The notes below the pieces were generated by a model. It was given only the letters and a program-made list of their open reading frames with translations. It searched no databases and was not told the DNA's origin. 64,000 nt of DNA from a virus, in UHGV virus genome UHGV-0091736; one strand, written 5' to 3'. The position numbers were made by a program, and so were the translations under genes. Position 1 is the stretch's first letter, and each line of letters opens with the position of its first letter. Positions 36,334-46,079 of this stretch are shown here, one piece after another.

Positions 36334-37206
36334 TTACTTATTAGCCTTAATGCAGTTGGCTAGATTAACGTGAACAGTATAAACAGCATTATCAGCGTTA
36401 TTATAAACGGTAGTGGCGATCATCGACTCCTTAACCGGACCATAACTCACTAGATTGGTTACAGCTTTAACGTCTTCATAACGTTGTACAGTACCAAATG
36501 TCACCATATCCGCATCATTATCAGTGCGCTTAAGCACCAAATCATTGTTAGGCTGATTATCTAGTGTTTTAGACTGAAAGAGAACGCCTTCATTTGTTAC
36601 GTTGCTAAACTTCATTTTTAAGACAATAGTATTGCCGTCACTATCCGCACCGTTGCAAATCATCCAACCTTTATTGATGGAACTAGAGAAGACACTAGCC
36701 GCATCAGTTGCAGGAGCAGGACTAGCAACAGCCTTATCAGAAAGAGATGTGACCAGTGCACTAACACCGATCGCTGCAACCAGTGCATAACTTGCCAGAT
36801 TAACAGACTTCATAATCTTACTTGCAACAGTAGGCTTGATTGGCTGTTTCTTGTTTTTCTTGTTCCATGCTTCAACCATGACAGACAAGCGGGATAATTC
36901 AGCTTTCACATCACGGCATGACTCAGGCCAATCTTTCTGATTCCAGCTATCTAAATTTGCTTGAATGTAGCAATTAATAGCGTCCTGCATATCGGTAAAA
37001 CCGTTCTCTTTGAACGTGCTTTCATCTTCACACTGTAAAGCGTTCGCAGTAGAGTTAATGATCAAGCAAGCCAGCATTACAGAGTTTTTGAATCCTTTAC
37101 GTGCACTTTCGTTTTCCATCCACGCATCAGGACTACCAACGGTTAAGCCTAAAGATGAAAGGTTTTCGTTTGCTTTGTTCAAGTGGTTAATTGCTACTTT
37201 AGACAT
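36334..37206 (-). CDS. early protein with central transmembrane helix
   Basis: 290 aa; TM VNLASYALVAAIGVSALVTSL; first gene after strong sigma70-like promoter; SD AAGGAA. Confidence 0.55.
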   Translation of the reverse strand: MSKVAINHLNKANENLSSLGLTVGSPDAWMENESARKGFKNSVMLACLIINSTANALQCEDESTFKENGFTDMQDAINCYIQANLDSWNQKDWPESCRDVKAELSRLSVMVEAWNKKNKKQPIKPTVASKIMKSVNLASYALVAAIGVSALVTSLSDKAVASPAPATDAASVFSSSINKGWMICNGADSDGNTIVLKMKFSNVTNEGVLFQSKTLDNQPNNDLVLKRTDNDADMVTFGTVQRYEDVKAVTNLVSYGPVKESMIATTVYNNADNAVYTVHVNLANCIKANK

Positions 37207-37250
37207 TTGATATTCCTTATGGTTGATGAAAACTACAAACTACAATCGCA

Positions 37251-37278
37251 ACTATATAATAAAGGAAAAGGCTGTCAA
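37251..37278 (-). promoter_or_regulatory. sigma70-type early promoter (leftward)
   Basis: minus-strand TTGACA, 16-nt spacer, TATAGT; about 45 nt upstream of ATG at 37206. Confidence 0.6.
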
Positions 37279-37421
37279 CCATTTATTTTCTAACTTTCCT
37301 ATAACTTACTGAAAACTAAAGGAATTTAATTTACTAAACTTTCCATACTCAGAGAATCAGCTTACTGGATATTGTTACTTTATAACACTAATCCTACGGG
37401 TAACAGACCAACAGACCAGGG

Positions 37422-37852
37422 CAAACGGGGAACACACAACCGCAGGATAGACCACGGGGAAACATAGCCAGATAGTGCGGTAGTAATATACCACTTAAAT
37501 AATTAGTTAACTATTAATAGCATTACTCAAACATCAAAGACCATTCGCTACGCTCATGCACGCTGAAAAAGAAAAGAATAAAAAGAATATAATAACCATC
37601 AAACATAATCTTTCCACTTAATTAATACATATATCATTATTGCACTCATAATAACAACTATTGAAACTATTTACACTCAAACTATGGGGGATGGGATGGT
37701 TACTATACGGTATTATTAGACCTGTTATTATCACGCCTTAACAGAGTCTAGCCTTTCATCCACTCAGTAAAGGGGAACTAAATAAACGGGTAGGTAATGT
37801 AATAGATGACATATACGGGGAAAGAATAACGGGGAGTAGGCACGGGGAAGGT
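37422..37852. repeat. ACGGGGAA direct-repeat copies in divergent intergenic region
   Basis: AACGGGGAAC 37422, CACGGGGAAA 37452, TACGGGGAAA 37813, AACGGGGAGT 37827, CACGGGGAAG 37840. Confidence 0.55.
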
Positions 37853-38000
37853 TAGAACGTGGGAGGAGGTGTAAAGGCATTGCCAATAACCCTTTTTTAA
37901 ATGAGGACTCCCCCTTTTTAGGAATTCGTCGCAGAGCGCCTAGCCCCACTCGGTCAAATCAGAATTTTAAACTCTTATATATAAGGTTGAAAGAGAACTT

Positions 38001-38165
38001 ATGTGGAAAATTAAGTTAATCATTAAGCAATTCAAATGTGATCATGAGTACTATCGGATACGCAAAGCTTACGGGGATGAAAGAGTTCACTCCCTTTATA
38101 AGTCCACTTGGAGATGTAGTGAATGTGGTAAGCTTAAGCACAGCACATGGATGGATAGGCCTTAA
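38001..38165 (+). CDS. small zinc-ribbon protein (below track cutoff)
   Basis: 54 aa MWKIKLIIKQFKCDHEYY...RCSECGKLKH; alternative to track ORF 38038-38241. Confidence 0.3.
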   Translation: MWKIKLIIKQFKCDHEYYRIRKAYGDERVHSLYKSTWRCSECGKLKHSTWMDRP

Positions 38166-38375
38166 CGTGACATGGCCTTTATGGGGGTGCCTTAATGTGA
38201 AGTCCCTTTTATGTTTTAACTTTTATCAGAGGGATGTATGACTGAAGATGAATATGGTAGCTTCTCTGAAGAAGACTACGAAAATGAATACAGGTATACT
38301 CACGGGTGTTAATGTGAGGTGGCCTTTACGGGTTAGATAGCCATCAAAGATGACGATATGACTAGCCCTTTATAC
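38161..38375 (+). promoter_or_regulatory. four copies of a 25-nt promoter-like repeat
   Basis: CTTAACGTGACATGGCCTTTATGGG 38161; CTTAATGTGAAGTCCCTTTTATG 38191; GTTAATGTGAGGTGGCCTTTACGGG 38308; ATATGACTAGCCCTTTATAC 38356. Confidence 0.45.
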
Positions 38376-38395
38376 TTTACTCAGAGGACAAAAGT

Positions 38396-38506
38396 ATGGG
38401 ATGGTTCCTGTTGGTTTTAATTCTTTTTACCACTGTTCCTATTGTTGCTGTGTTTGGTTGCATAGCCGCTGACTTATTAGGAATAAAGAAAGGAGATGAT
38501 TTATGA
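38396..38506 (+). CDS. small hydrophobic single-helix peptide
   Basis: 36 aa MGWFLLVLILFTTVPIVAVFGCIAADLL...; SD GAGGA; ATGA overlap with next gene. Confidence 0.35.
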   Translation: MGWFLLVLILFTTVPIVAVFGCIAADLLGIKKGDDL

Positions 38507-38859
38507 GGTTGGATTTAAGAGGTTGTACTAGGTCAGTTATATTGTTCAGAGGTTATGCTATCAAGATTCCTACTTTTAAATCTTGGAAGCTTTTCTTAAA
38601 AGGGATTCTTGCTAATCTACAAGAGAGACATTTCTCTGAGATGAAAGACCCCAACCTTTGTCCTGTAGTCTTCTCTGATAAGTTAGGTTTCTTAGTAATA
38701 ATGAAGAGGTGTAAAGAGGTTGAGCACATAGGATTGTGGATGGCAGAGATTCACACCTTGAAAGGTTCCCTTCCTAAAGAATTTTACCTGTCAGATCTTA
38801 AGCCAGAAAATTATGGATACCTAGGCGGGCGGTTGGTTAAATTAGATTATGGAGATTGA
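38503..38859 (+). CDS. minimal protein-kinase-like protein (T7 gp0.7-like catalytic motifs)
   Basis: 118 aa; YAIKIPTFK (VAIK-like), DLKPEN catalytic loop, KLDYGD (DFG-like); strong SD AAAGGAGA. Confidence 0.45.
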   Translation: MRLDLRGCTRSVILFRGYAIKIPTFKSWKLFLKGILANLQERHFSEMKDPNLCPVVFSDKLGFLVIMKRCKEVEHIGLWMAEIHTLKGSLPKEFYLSDLKPENYGYLGGRLVKLDYGD

Positions 38860-39083
38860 TCATGAATTTAATACTAGACTTTTTATCAGAGTTGGTGCCT
38901 CGGTTCAGAACAGAAACTTGTGCCTTTGTTAAGATATCCCCTGAAGAATTAGAATGCATCGGTCGTCTGGTTGACTTGGATGATGATGAAGAATTTGATG
39001 CAACGATGGAAGTTAGTAGCCTAGGATGGTTATTCTTCCGAGCGTTCACCACTATCAAACCACACACTTATAAGGAATATTAA
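38856..39083 (+). CDS. hypothetical protein
   Basis: 75 aa acidic ORF. Confidence 0.45.
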   Translation: MIMNLILDFLSELVPRFRTETCAFVKISPEELECIGRLVDLDDDEEFDATMEVSSLGWLFFRAFTTIKPHTYKEY

Positions 39084-39086
39084 TTT

Positions 39087-39488
39087 ATGTTAGACTTAAT
39101 CCACACTACTCGCCCTAATTCTAAAACTAAAACACAACCATCTACTCTGGAAGTAGTTGAATATGAATCTACTAAACATGACCACCTCCCTGACTATGCT
39201 CGTGCAATGATTGAGATGATTGAAGAAGCTGAATATGAAATGCTCCATGATTACATTACCTCCAAAGATGAATGGCATCGTGATGTTCGAATAGAAGAGG
39301 ATGGTACAGAAACAATTACGTGGATTCACAAGAGTGAGCTAGTAGACGACGCACTGCGAGACTACGAAAAATTTTTGGTCGACGGCTCTATTCTTTTAGA
39401 GGAAGGGAAGGGTGCAGAACTTCCGTGGGAAGGCGAGACGATTGCTCTTGGTAAGATGTTTAACCTGTCCGTTGGTGATTGTAAGTAA
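39087..39488 (+). CDS. hypothetical protein
   Basis: 133 aa acidic ORF; terminator downstream. Confidence 0.5.
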   Translation: MLDLIHTTRPNSKTKTQPSTLEVVEYESTKHDHLPDYARAMIEMIEEAEYEMLHDYITSKDEWHRDVRIEEDGTETITWIHKSELVDDALRDYEKFLVDGSILLEEGKGAELPWEGETIALGKMFNLSVGDCK

Positions 39489-39493
39489 TATTT

Positions 39494-39516
39494 GCCTCCG
39501 TTGGGAGGCTTTTTGT
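39494..39516 (+). terminator. rho-independent terminator
   Basis: GCCTCCgttgGGAGGC followed by TTTTTGTGTT. Confidence 0.6.
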
Positions 39517-39544
39517 GTTGTTGATAATGTAGAAGGAGTATAAA

Positions 39545-40018
39545 ATGTTTGGAGAAAACGGAGAACTCACGCCTGCACAGGTAGCTGAGATTACAGGAAG
39601 ATTACCCGGAGTAACGGAAGAACTTGAAGGCCGTGGTATGAACCCAAGCAATGGGAAGTTTCAAAAGGGGAATAAATTCGGACGACCCAAAGGTAGTAGA
39701 GGTAAACTGACACAATTAATGTTGGACCGTGTTGCTGCAAGTCATTTGTCTCCTGATGAAGTGTTAATTCAAATTTACGAAGATCCTAATATTCCACCTG
39801 ATCTTAGATTCAAGGCTGCATCAAAAGTTGCAGATCTGGTATATCCTAAGGCGGCCTCCGTTGAAGTTAAGATTGAGGAAGAGAATGTAATCAACGAAGA
39901 ATCATTGAATGCACAAATCAAGGACTTCTTGACTGGAGCACTTGGTATCGACGTTATGCCTCCAGAAGAAGACAACTCTGAGGACGCTGAAAAGGGGGAG
40001 GAAGCGGACGAGAGTTAA
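39545..40018 (+). CDS. putative small terminase subunit (positional call)
   Basis: 157 aa; basic GRPKGSRG segment, acidic C-terminus; immediately upstream of large terminase; SD AGGAGT. Confidence 0.35.
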   Translation: MFGENGELTPAQVAEITGRLPGVTEELEGRGMNPSNGKFQKGNKFGRPKGSRGKLTQLMLDRVAASHLSPDEVLIQIYEDPNIPPDLRFKAASKVADLVYPKAASVEVKIEEENVINEESLNAQIKDFLTGALGIDVMPPEEDNSEDAEKGEEADES

Positions 40019-40087
40019 GTAAAGGAAAGAAGGGGAGGTTCTTTGACGAAGGGACTTTCCCTTTTCTATTTTTAAACTGGAGGAAGT

Positions 40088-40699
40088 ATGTCACTAGATA
40101 AACAAATTTATGAAGCTCTAACTGGTAACAATCTTAGTGTAGATGAAAAGAAAGCACTATTGAATATGTTGAAAGAGCGTGACCAATGGAGGAAGTATAA
40201 TAGGATTTTGTCTTTCAAGGCGTATGACTTCCAAAAGAAATTTTATGCAGCAGGATTGAAGCATAGGTTCAGGTTTCTCTGTGCGGCTAACCGAGTTGGG
40301 AAAAGTTACAGTGAAGCGTACGAATTCGCATGCCACGTTACCGGAAGATATCCAACATGGTGGACCGGTCATAAGTTTAAGAGGCCAATACTTGCGTGGG
40401 CTGTAGGGATTACAGGGGACTCAACAAGGAAAGTATTGCAAAAAGAATTATTTGGTACACCAATTGGAAAGGACACTAATCTGCTAGGTACTGGAGTTAT
40501 TCCACGAGATGCAATAGTAATAGATACTATAGAAAGGGATGGTAATAAGCTACAGATAGTACAGATTAAGCACCAGAATGAAAGGGGTGAGTTTGATGGA
40601 TTAAGTACGTTAGAATTTCGATCAACACAACAGGGTGAACATACACTGATGGGTGCTACTGTTGATTATATATGGCTGGATGAAGAGGATTGTATATAA
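40088..40699 (+). CDS. terminase large subunit, 5' exon (ATPase Walker A/B)
   Basis: Walker A AANRVGKS; Walker B YIWLDEE; ORF stops 5 codons after DEE. Confidence 0.8.
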   Translation: MSLDKQIYEALTGNNLSVDEKKALLNMLKERDQWRKYNRILSFKAYDFQKKFYAAGLKHRFRFLCAANRVGKSYSEAYEFACHVTGRYPTWWTGHKFKRPILAWAVGITGDSTRKVLQKELFGTPIGKDTNLLGTGVIPRDAIVIDTIERDGNKLQIVQIKHQNERGEFDGLSTLEFRSTQQGEHTLMGATVDYIWLDEEDCI

Positions 40700-41479
40700 C
40701 ATAGCTAGAAGTGTTGGTCCTCTATAAACTCGGTGAATTGCTGGAACCTCTGACCCTTAAGTGGAAGACAATCAGCAGCGAAGATAATGTATAACTTACT
40801 CATGATACATTATAACGTTCAACGACTATCGAAAGCATAGCCCGTATGGGTGAAGAAGCAAGTAGAGTAGATACCAAGTGGTATCGAAGTGCCGAGCAAA
40901 ACTAAGGAGTGATACATTGGGTAGACCTAACAAATCATTAGATTCAACCAAAACATGTTCAGTGTGCTCTGTAACAAAAGACATAGAATCTTTTGCAATA
41001 AGAACAAGAGCAATATCCACTGGAGAGGTTAGAATCTACCGTAAGTCTCAATGCAAAGAGTGCATGGCTGAGATGAGAAGGGATTGGGGTAAGAATAATC
41101 CAGATAAGATTCGTGAGAATAATAATTCTCCAAATAAGAGAGCTTGCGATAATGCAAGACGGGCTGGATTAGAAACTGCTTCTATTATCAGAGATGATGA
41201 GTATAATAAATTTGTTATGGAAGAAATGTATGAACTTCGAAATCTTAGAACAAAGGAAACTGGATTTCAATGGCATGTAGATCACATAATCCCTTTAAAA
41301 GGTAATAACGTATGTGGTTTTCATGTCTGGTATAACTTGCAGGTAGTTCCTGCTGTTTTCAACCTATCTAAGAGTAATAGTTTTGATGATATAGTCTGCT
41401 CTGCATGGAAACATGCAGCTGGAGAAATCCGGGATGAGATTAACGATCTTGTCTGAACAACACGCCATATGAGTCTATG
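40691..41479 (+). mobile_element. putative group I-type intron splitting the large terminase gene; carries HNH ORF
   Basis: ATPase motifs resume at AIFAQCV...TATPENG in 41477 ORF; no SD before exon 2; insert has AAACTCGGTGAA block shared with the polymerase and helicase insertions. Confidence 0.6.
40878..41456 (+). CDS. HNH homing endonuclease (intron-encoded; start may be TTG at 40917)
   Basis: Zn-finger CSVCS...CKEC plus HNH core [38 protein letters not shown]. Confidence 0.7.
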   Translation: MVSKCRAKLRSDTLGRPNKSLDSTKTCSVCSVTKDIESFAIRTRAISTGEVRIYRKSQCKECMAEMRRDWGKNNPDKIRENNNSPNKRACDNARRAGLETASIIRDDEYNKFVMEEMYELRNLRTKETGFQWHVDHIIPLKGNNVCGFHVWYNLQVVPAVFNLSKSNSFDDIVCSAWKHAAGEIRDEINDLV

Positions 41480-42403
41480 GCTATATTCGCACAGTGCGTC
41501 ACACGTACACTCACAACTAAAGGTCTAGTTACAATTACAGCTACACCAGAGAACGGTTTAACTGAACTGGTAGATAAATTTATGAAAGGTGAAGGGGATG
41601 AGAACACAGGTTCTCTATATTTCCAGAATGCTTCTTGGTGGGATGCTCATGCAGACCTAGGTGGACATATCACTGACCAAGATATAAAAGATATGACTGA
41701 AGGTATTCCAGCGTGGCAGTTAGAGATGCGTTCGAAAGGTATGCCATTGTTAGGAAGTGGTTTGATATATGATGTATCGGATGACACAATTAAATGTGAA
41801 CCATTCGAAATTCCTGATACGTGGAAACGTGTCTGTGCAATTGATATTGGTATTGATCACCCAACTGCTGCTGTTTGGACAGCTTACGATGCAAACACGG
41901 ATACTGTCTATGTTTACGACTCATATAAAGAAGGTGGCTTTACTCCAGTGTATCATGCTCCAGCTATTAATGGTCGTGGTCAGTGGATTCCTGTCATCCT
42001 ACCGCATGATGCGGACAATATTGAGAAAGGTAGTGGATCATCTGTTGCTCAATTCTATAAGAATGCAGGAGTTAATGTACAGAGTGAGACCTTCTACAAC
42101 AAAATTGGAATGGATGGTAAAAAGAACTTCTTTGTAGAACCCGGAATCACAGATATCCGAGAAAGAATGATGAGTGGACGCTTTAAAATCTTTAACACAG
42201 CTGCTAACGCTAAGCTATTCGAAGAGAAAGCTAGATATCACCGCAAGGTTGGTAAGATTATTAAAGAACATGATGACTTAATGGATGCAATGCGCTATTC
42301 AGCGTGCTCTGTTACACATCGTGGTCGCTCTAAGCATGACGTTAGCTACGGAAGTGCTTCTCTGTATGAGGCAAACGTAAGCAGATGGAATCAGAGTTAC
42401 TAA
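41477..42403 (+). CDS. terminase large subunit, 3' exon (ATPase motif III and nuclease domain)
   Basis: TATPENG coupling motif; CAIDIGIDHPTAAVWTAYD...VYVYDSY nuclease-type acidic motifs. Confidence 0.8.
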   Translation: MAIFAQCVTRTLTTKGLVTITATPENGLTELVDKFMKGEGDENTGSLYFQNASWWDAHADLGGHITDQDIKDMTEGIPAWQLEMRSKGMPLLGSGLIYDVSDDTIKCEPFEIPDTWKRVCAIDIGIDHPTAAVWTAYDANTDTVYVYDSYKEGGFTPVYHAPAINGRGQWIPVILPHDADNIEKGSGSSVAQFYKNAGVNVQSETFYNKIGMDGKKNFFVEPGITDIRERMMSGRFKIFNTAANAKLFEEKARYHRKVGKIIKEHDDLMDAMRYSACSVTHRGRSKHDVSYGSASLYEANVSRWNQSY

Positions 42404-42406
42404 AGT

Positions 42407-42438
42407 AAGGGGGAGGTTTGTCCTCCCTTCTTTTATTT
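42407..42438 (+). terminator. rho-independent terminator
   Basis: AAGGGGGAGGtttgTCCTCCCTT followed by CTTTTATTT. Confidence 0.6.
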
Positions 42439-42464
42439 AAGCTATCAACCGAGGGAGAGAATCG

Positions 42465-44708
42465 ATGGCTAAGCAAAAATATAGTGAAGAGGTGTTGGAC
42501 GAGTTACGTGTTGACCTTCAACGTCGTTTTAATTACGCTCAAGGCTACGTGGACATGGCTGTTAAGGGCTATGCTCGTGAAGCTTGGGAATATTTCTATG
42601 GTAACTTACCTGCACCAGTAACTGCTGGCAGCTCTAGTTGGGTAGATCGTACTGTTTGGGAATCTGTTAACGGTACATTGCAAGATATTATTAACGTATT
42701 CTGTTCTGGTGATGAAGCAGTTACTTTCGTAGCTGACAACCAACAGGATTCTGATGCTGCTGATGTAGCAACTAAATTAGTCAACCAAATTCTTCTGCGT
42801 GACAATCCGGGATACAATATTATCTCTTCTGCTGCACAAGAATGTCTGGTTACTCGTAACTCTTTTATCAAATATTATTGGGATGAGCACACTTCTACTC
42901 AAACTGAAGAAGCTGAAGGTGTACCACCGGAAGCATTGGCTGCATATGTTCAGGGATTAGAAGCTGGTGGACTCAAGAATCTGGAAATCTTCACTGAAGA
43001 TAATGAAGACGGTACAGTAGATGTTAAAGTTACTTATGAACAAACTGTTAAACGTGTGAAAGTTGAATATGTTCCTTCAGAGCAAATCTTTGTTGATGAA
43101 CATGCTACCTCTTTTGCAGATGCACAATACTTCTGTCATCGTGTACGTCGTTCTAAAGAAGATCTGGTTGCTATGGGCTTCCCTAAAGATGAGATTGAAG
43201 CATTCAACGACTGGACAGACACGATGGACACCACTCAATCTACAGTTGCTTGGTCTCGTACTGACTGGCGTCAGGATATTGATGCTGATATTGGTACAGA
43301 TACCGAAGATATCGCTTCTATGGTTTGGGTTTATGAGCACTACATCCGTACTGGTGTTCTAGATAAGAATAAAGAGTCTAAACTCTATCAGGTTATTCAA
43401 GCTGGTGAGCATATCCTTCACACTGAAGAAGTAACTCACATTCCGTTTGTAACCTTCTGCCCGTATCCGATTCCGGGTTCCTTCTATGGTCAATCGGTCT
43501 ATGACATTACGAAAGATATTCAAGATTTACGTACCGCGTTAGTTCGTGGTTATATTGATAACGTCAACAATGCTAACTATGGTCGATACAAAGCTCTTGT
43601 TGGTGCATACGATCGTCGCTCTCTGCTTGATAACCGTCCCGGTGGAGTGGTTGAAATGGAACGTCAGGACGCTATTGACCTGTTCCCATACCATAACCTA
43701 CCTCAAGGTATTGACGGCCTCCTAGGCATGTCTGAGGAGCTTAAAGAGACACGTACAGGTGTAACCAAACTAGGCATGGGTATCAACCCTGATGTGTTTA
43801 AGAATGATAACGCTTATGCAACCGTAGGCTTGATGATGAATGCTGCACAGAACCGTCTCCGTATGGTATGTCGTAACATTGCTCACAATGGTATGGTTGA
43901 ATTGATGCGTGGTATTTACAGTCTTATCAGAGAAAACGGTGAAGTTCCTATTGAGGTACAAACACCTCGTGGTATGGTTCAGGTTAACCCTAAACAATTA
44001 CCAGCTCGTCATAATCTTCAAGTTGTTGTAGCTATCTCTCCTAATGAGAAAGCAGAACGTGCACAGAAACTGATTAGCTTGAAACAGCTGATTGCAGCAG
44101 ATGCACAGTTAGCACCTCTCTTTGGTTTGGAGCAAGATCGTTACATGACTGCACAGATCTTTGAGTTGATGGGTATTAAGGACACTCACAAATACCTTCT
44201 GCCTCTGGAACAGTATCAGCCTCCAGAACCTTCTCCGATGGAAATCCTCCAGCTCGAGATGACTAAAGCACAGGTTGAGAACGTACAGGCTTCTTCTCAG
44301 AAGATGATTGCTGATGCATTCGACCAACGTGAACGTACTACATTTGAACAGCAGAAAGCTGCGGATGAATTGAGTCTGCGTCAGGAAGAGTTGCAGTTCA
44401 AGCAAGAAAATGCAGCAGATGTTATGACTCTGGAAAACCGTAAAGAAGATAACAGCGCTACTCTGGAACAAGCTAAGCACAAGTTAGCTCTTATGCAACA
44501 GCAGGTCCGTCAATATGAATCTGTACTGAAAGAGTTGCAGATGGTTATGGAACATCAGGTTGACCAAGAGAAGCTTAATGAACAATCACGCATTCAAAAC
44601 AAGACTTTGGAACTCCAAAAGAAAGAAGCTAATGTAACTAAGAAAGAGCAACAAGCTTCTCTCAAAGATTCACGGATTCCAGGCAAACGTCTTGGAAGTA
44701 AAAAGTAA
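42465..44708 (+). CDS. portal protein (positional and size-based)
   Basis: 747 aa directly after terminase; C-terminal coiled-coil; SD GAGGGAGAG. Confidence 0.55.
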   Translation: MAKQKYSEEVLDELRVDLQRRFNYAQGYVDMAVKGYAREAWEYFYGNLPAPVTAGSSSWVDRTVWESVNGTLQDIINVFCSGDEAVTFVADNQQDSDAADVATKLVNQILLRDNPGYNIISSAAQECLVTRNSFIKYYWDEHTSTQTEEAEGVPPEALAAYVQGLEAGGLKNLEIFTEDNEDGTVDVKVTYEQTVKRVKVEYVPSEQIFVDEHATSFADAQYFCHRVRRSKEDLVAMGFPKDEIEAFNDWTDTMDTTQSTVAWSRTDWRQDIDADIGTDTEDIASMVWVYEHYIRTGVLDKNKESKLYQVIQAGEHILHTEEVTHIPFVTFCPYPIPGSFYGQSVYDITKDIQDLRTALVRGYIDNVNNANYGRYKALVGAYDRRSLLDNRPGGVVEMERQDAIDLFPYHNLPQGIDGLLGMSEELKETRTGVTKLGMGINPDVFKNDNAYATVGLMMNAAQNRLRMVCRNIAHNGMVELMRGIYSLIRENGEVPIEVQTPRGMVQVNPKQLPARHNLQVVVAISPNEKAERAQKLISLKQLIAADAQLAPLFGLEQDRYMTAQIFELMGIKDTHKYLLPLEQYQPPEPSPMEILQLEMTKAQVENVQASSQKMIADAFDQRERTTFEQQKAADELSLRQEELQFKQENAADVMTLENRKEDNSATLEQAKHKLALMQQQVRQYESVLKELQMVMEHQVDQEKLNEQSRIQNKTLELQKKEANVTKKEQQASLKDSRIPGKRLGSKK

Positions 44709-44717
44709 GGACGTCGA

Positions 44718-44954
44718 ATGAACATTAGGCATCAATTCAATAAAGAGCACGCCGCCGCTTTGGCGGCTCTCAATCTTAACGGCAGTCTTGACGCAGCATT
44801 AGAGGCATTGAAAGAAAGACTCATGACAGAGATAGTTCAAACAGAACCTCATGAGAATAAGAAACGCGAAGATTGTTATCAAAAGTATAAAATGGTGGGT
44901 AGCTTAAAAGAGGTCATAAAAGCTGCTATCAATAGTGCAGGAGATGTTTCATAA
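44718..44954 (+). CDS. hypothetical protein
   Basis: 78 aa helical ORF. Confidence 0.45.
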   Translation: MNIRHQFNKEHAAALAALNLNGSLDAALEALKERLMTEIVQTEPHENKKREDCYQKYKMVGSLKEVIKAAINSAGDVS

Positions 44955-46039
44955 TGCCACAAGATAATTATATTGACCCGAACGATTTTAAATCTTTCCT
45001 CCAACTGGATGACCTGAAAGGTTCTTTCAAAGAAGAACTCGGTCGATTAGAATCTGAACAAGAACCAGAAGTGGACATTGACGATGAGTTCCCGGAAAAA
45101 GACGGTGACGATTTCGACTTTGATACCGACCTTCTCGGTGAAAGCGATGAGCTTAAGTTCGAAGATGAAGATGGTTGGGAAGATCGTGAAGAGGAAGGCG
45201 AAGTCGAAGAAGATGAGGAAGAATTTGATGAATCAGATGAAAACTCTGAAGCAGATGAGGACGACTCAAGCGATGCAGGATATGAAGATGATTCTGCTGA
45301 CGGTGAAGGTGAAGTCTTTGATGTAGACTACGAAACCGTTATCACCCTTCCTGATGGACGTGAGATGACTATTGAAGAACTTTCTAATGGCTATCTTACT
45401 GGTGCTGATATGACAGAACGAGAATCAACTCTTCAGCGTCATATGGAAGCATTTGAGGAACGTGTAGTAGGTTTGAAGGATGTATTAGAACTAGCGTCTT
45501 TAGAAGCAGACCGAGTAATTGAAGATTATAACGGTTTTGATTGGGACAAGCTTGCAGTAGAAGATCCTCAAGCATATGTTGAAAACAAACGTTTCCTAGA
45601 GAAGTACACAGCTCGCCGTCAACAGCTTGAACAGGCTCAGGTCCGTGTTAAGCAGGAAGCAGCAGCTAAAGAACAGGAAGCTTTCCAAGCCAAGAGCATT
45701 GAATGTGTTAATATTCTGAAACGTGAGATTCCAAATTGGGATGAAAACTTATATCAAAACTTAATGCAATACGCAATTGACTTAGGTGCTACTGAAGAAG
45801 AAGTATTGAAGGAAAACCGTCCGTCTATTTTCCTAGCTCTCCATAAAGCATACCAATTTGATAAAGGTAAGCAACAGGTGATGGCTAAGATTAAACGTCC
45901 CGGTGCTCCACGCAAGGTTGTGAAGTCTGATGCTGCAAAGTCTCGCACTTCCAATAAGCCCGACAACGCTAAGGTTGCCAAGGCATTCGCAGAGGGTCGC
46001 GTTAGTCACGAAGACGCATTCAAATTCCTCGTAGATTAA
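44954..46039 (+). CDS. putative scaffolding protein
   Basis: 361 aa; long Asp/Glu-rich stretch then coiled-coil; sits between portal and capsid genes. Confidence 0.5.
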   Translation: MPQDNYIDPNDFKSFLQLDDLKGSFKEELGRLESEQEPEVDIDDEFPEKDGDDFDFDTDLLGESDELKFEDEDGWEDREEEGEVEEDEEEFDESDENSEADEDDSSDAGYEDDSADGEGEVFDVDYETVITLPDGREMTIEELSNGYLTGADMTERESTLQRHMEAFEERVVGLKDVLELASLEADRVIEDYNGFDWDKLAVEDPQAYVENKRFLEKYTARRQQLEQAQVRVKQEAAAKEQEAFQAKSIECVNILKREIPNWDENLYQNLMQYAIDLGATEEEVLKENRPSIFLALHKAYQFDKGKQQVMAKIKRPGAPRKVVKSDAAKSRTSNKPDNAKVAKAFAEGRVSHEDAFKFLVD

Positions 46040-46079
46040 TCGACAAATTAATTATTAATAGTATAGGAGCTAACATAAC

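Noticed and set aside
37951-37981. Possible sigma70 promoter for the rightward early genes
   Set aside because: Only a -10-like TTATAT is present; no acceptable -35 at 16-18 nt spacing
38038-38241. 67-aa track ORF in the rightward leader
   Set aside because: Runs across the promoter-like repeats at 38161-38213; the 54-aa zinc-ribbon ORF 38001-38165 in another frame is preferred, both low confidence
39525-39533. TAATGTAGA as a promoter for the 39545 gene
   Set aside because: Lies only 12 nt from the ATG and overlaps the SD region, so probably a chance match
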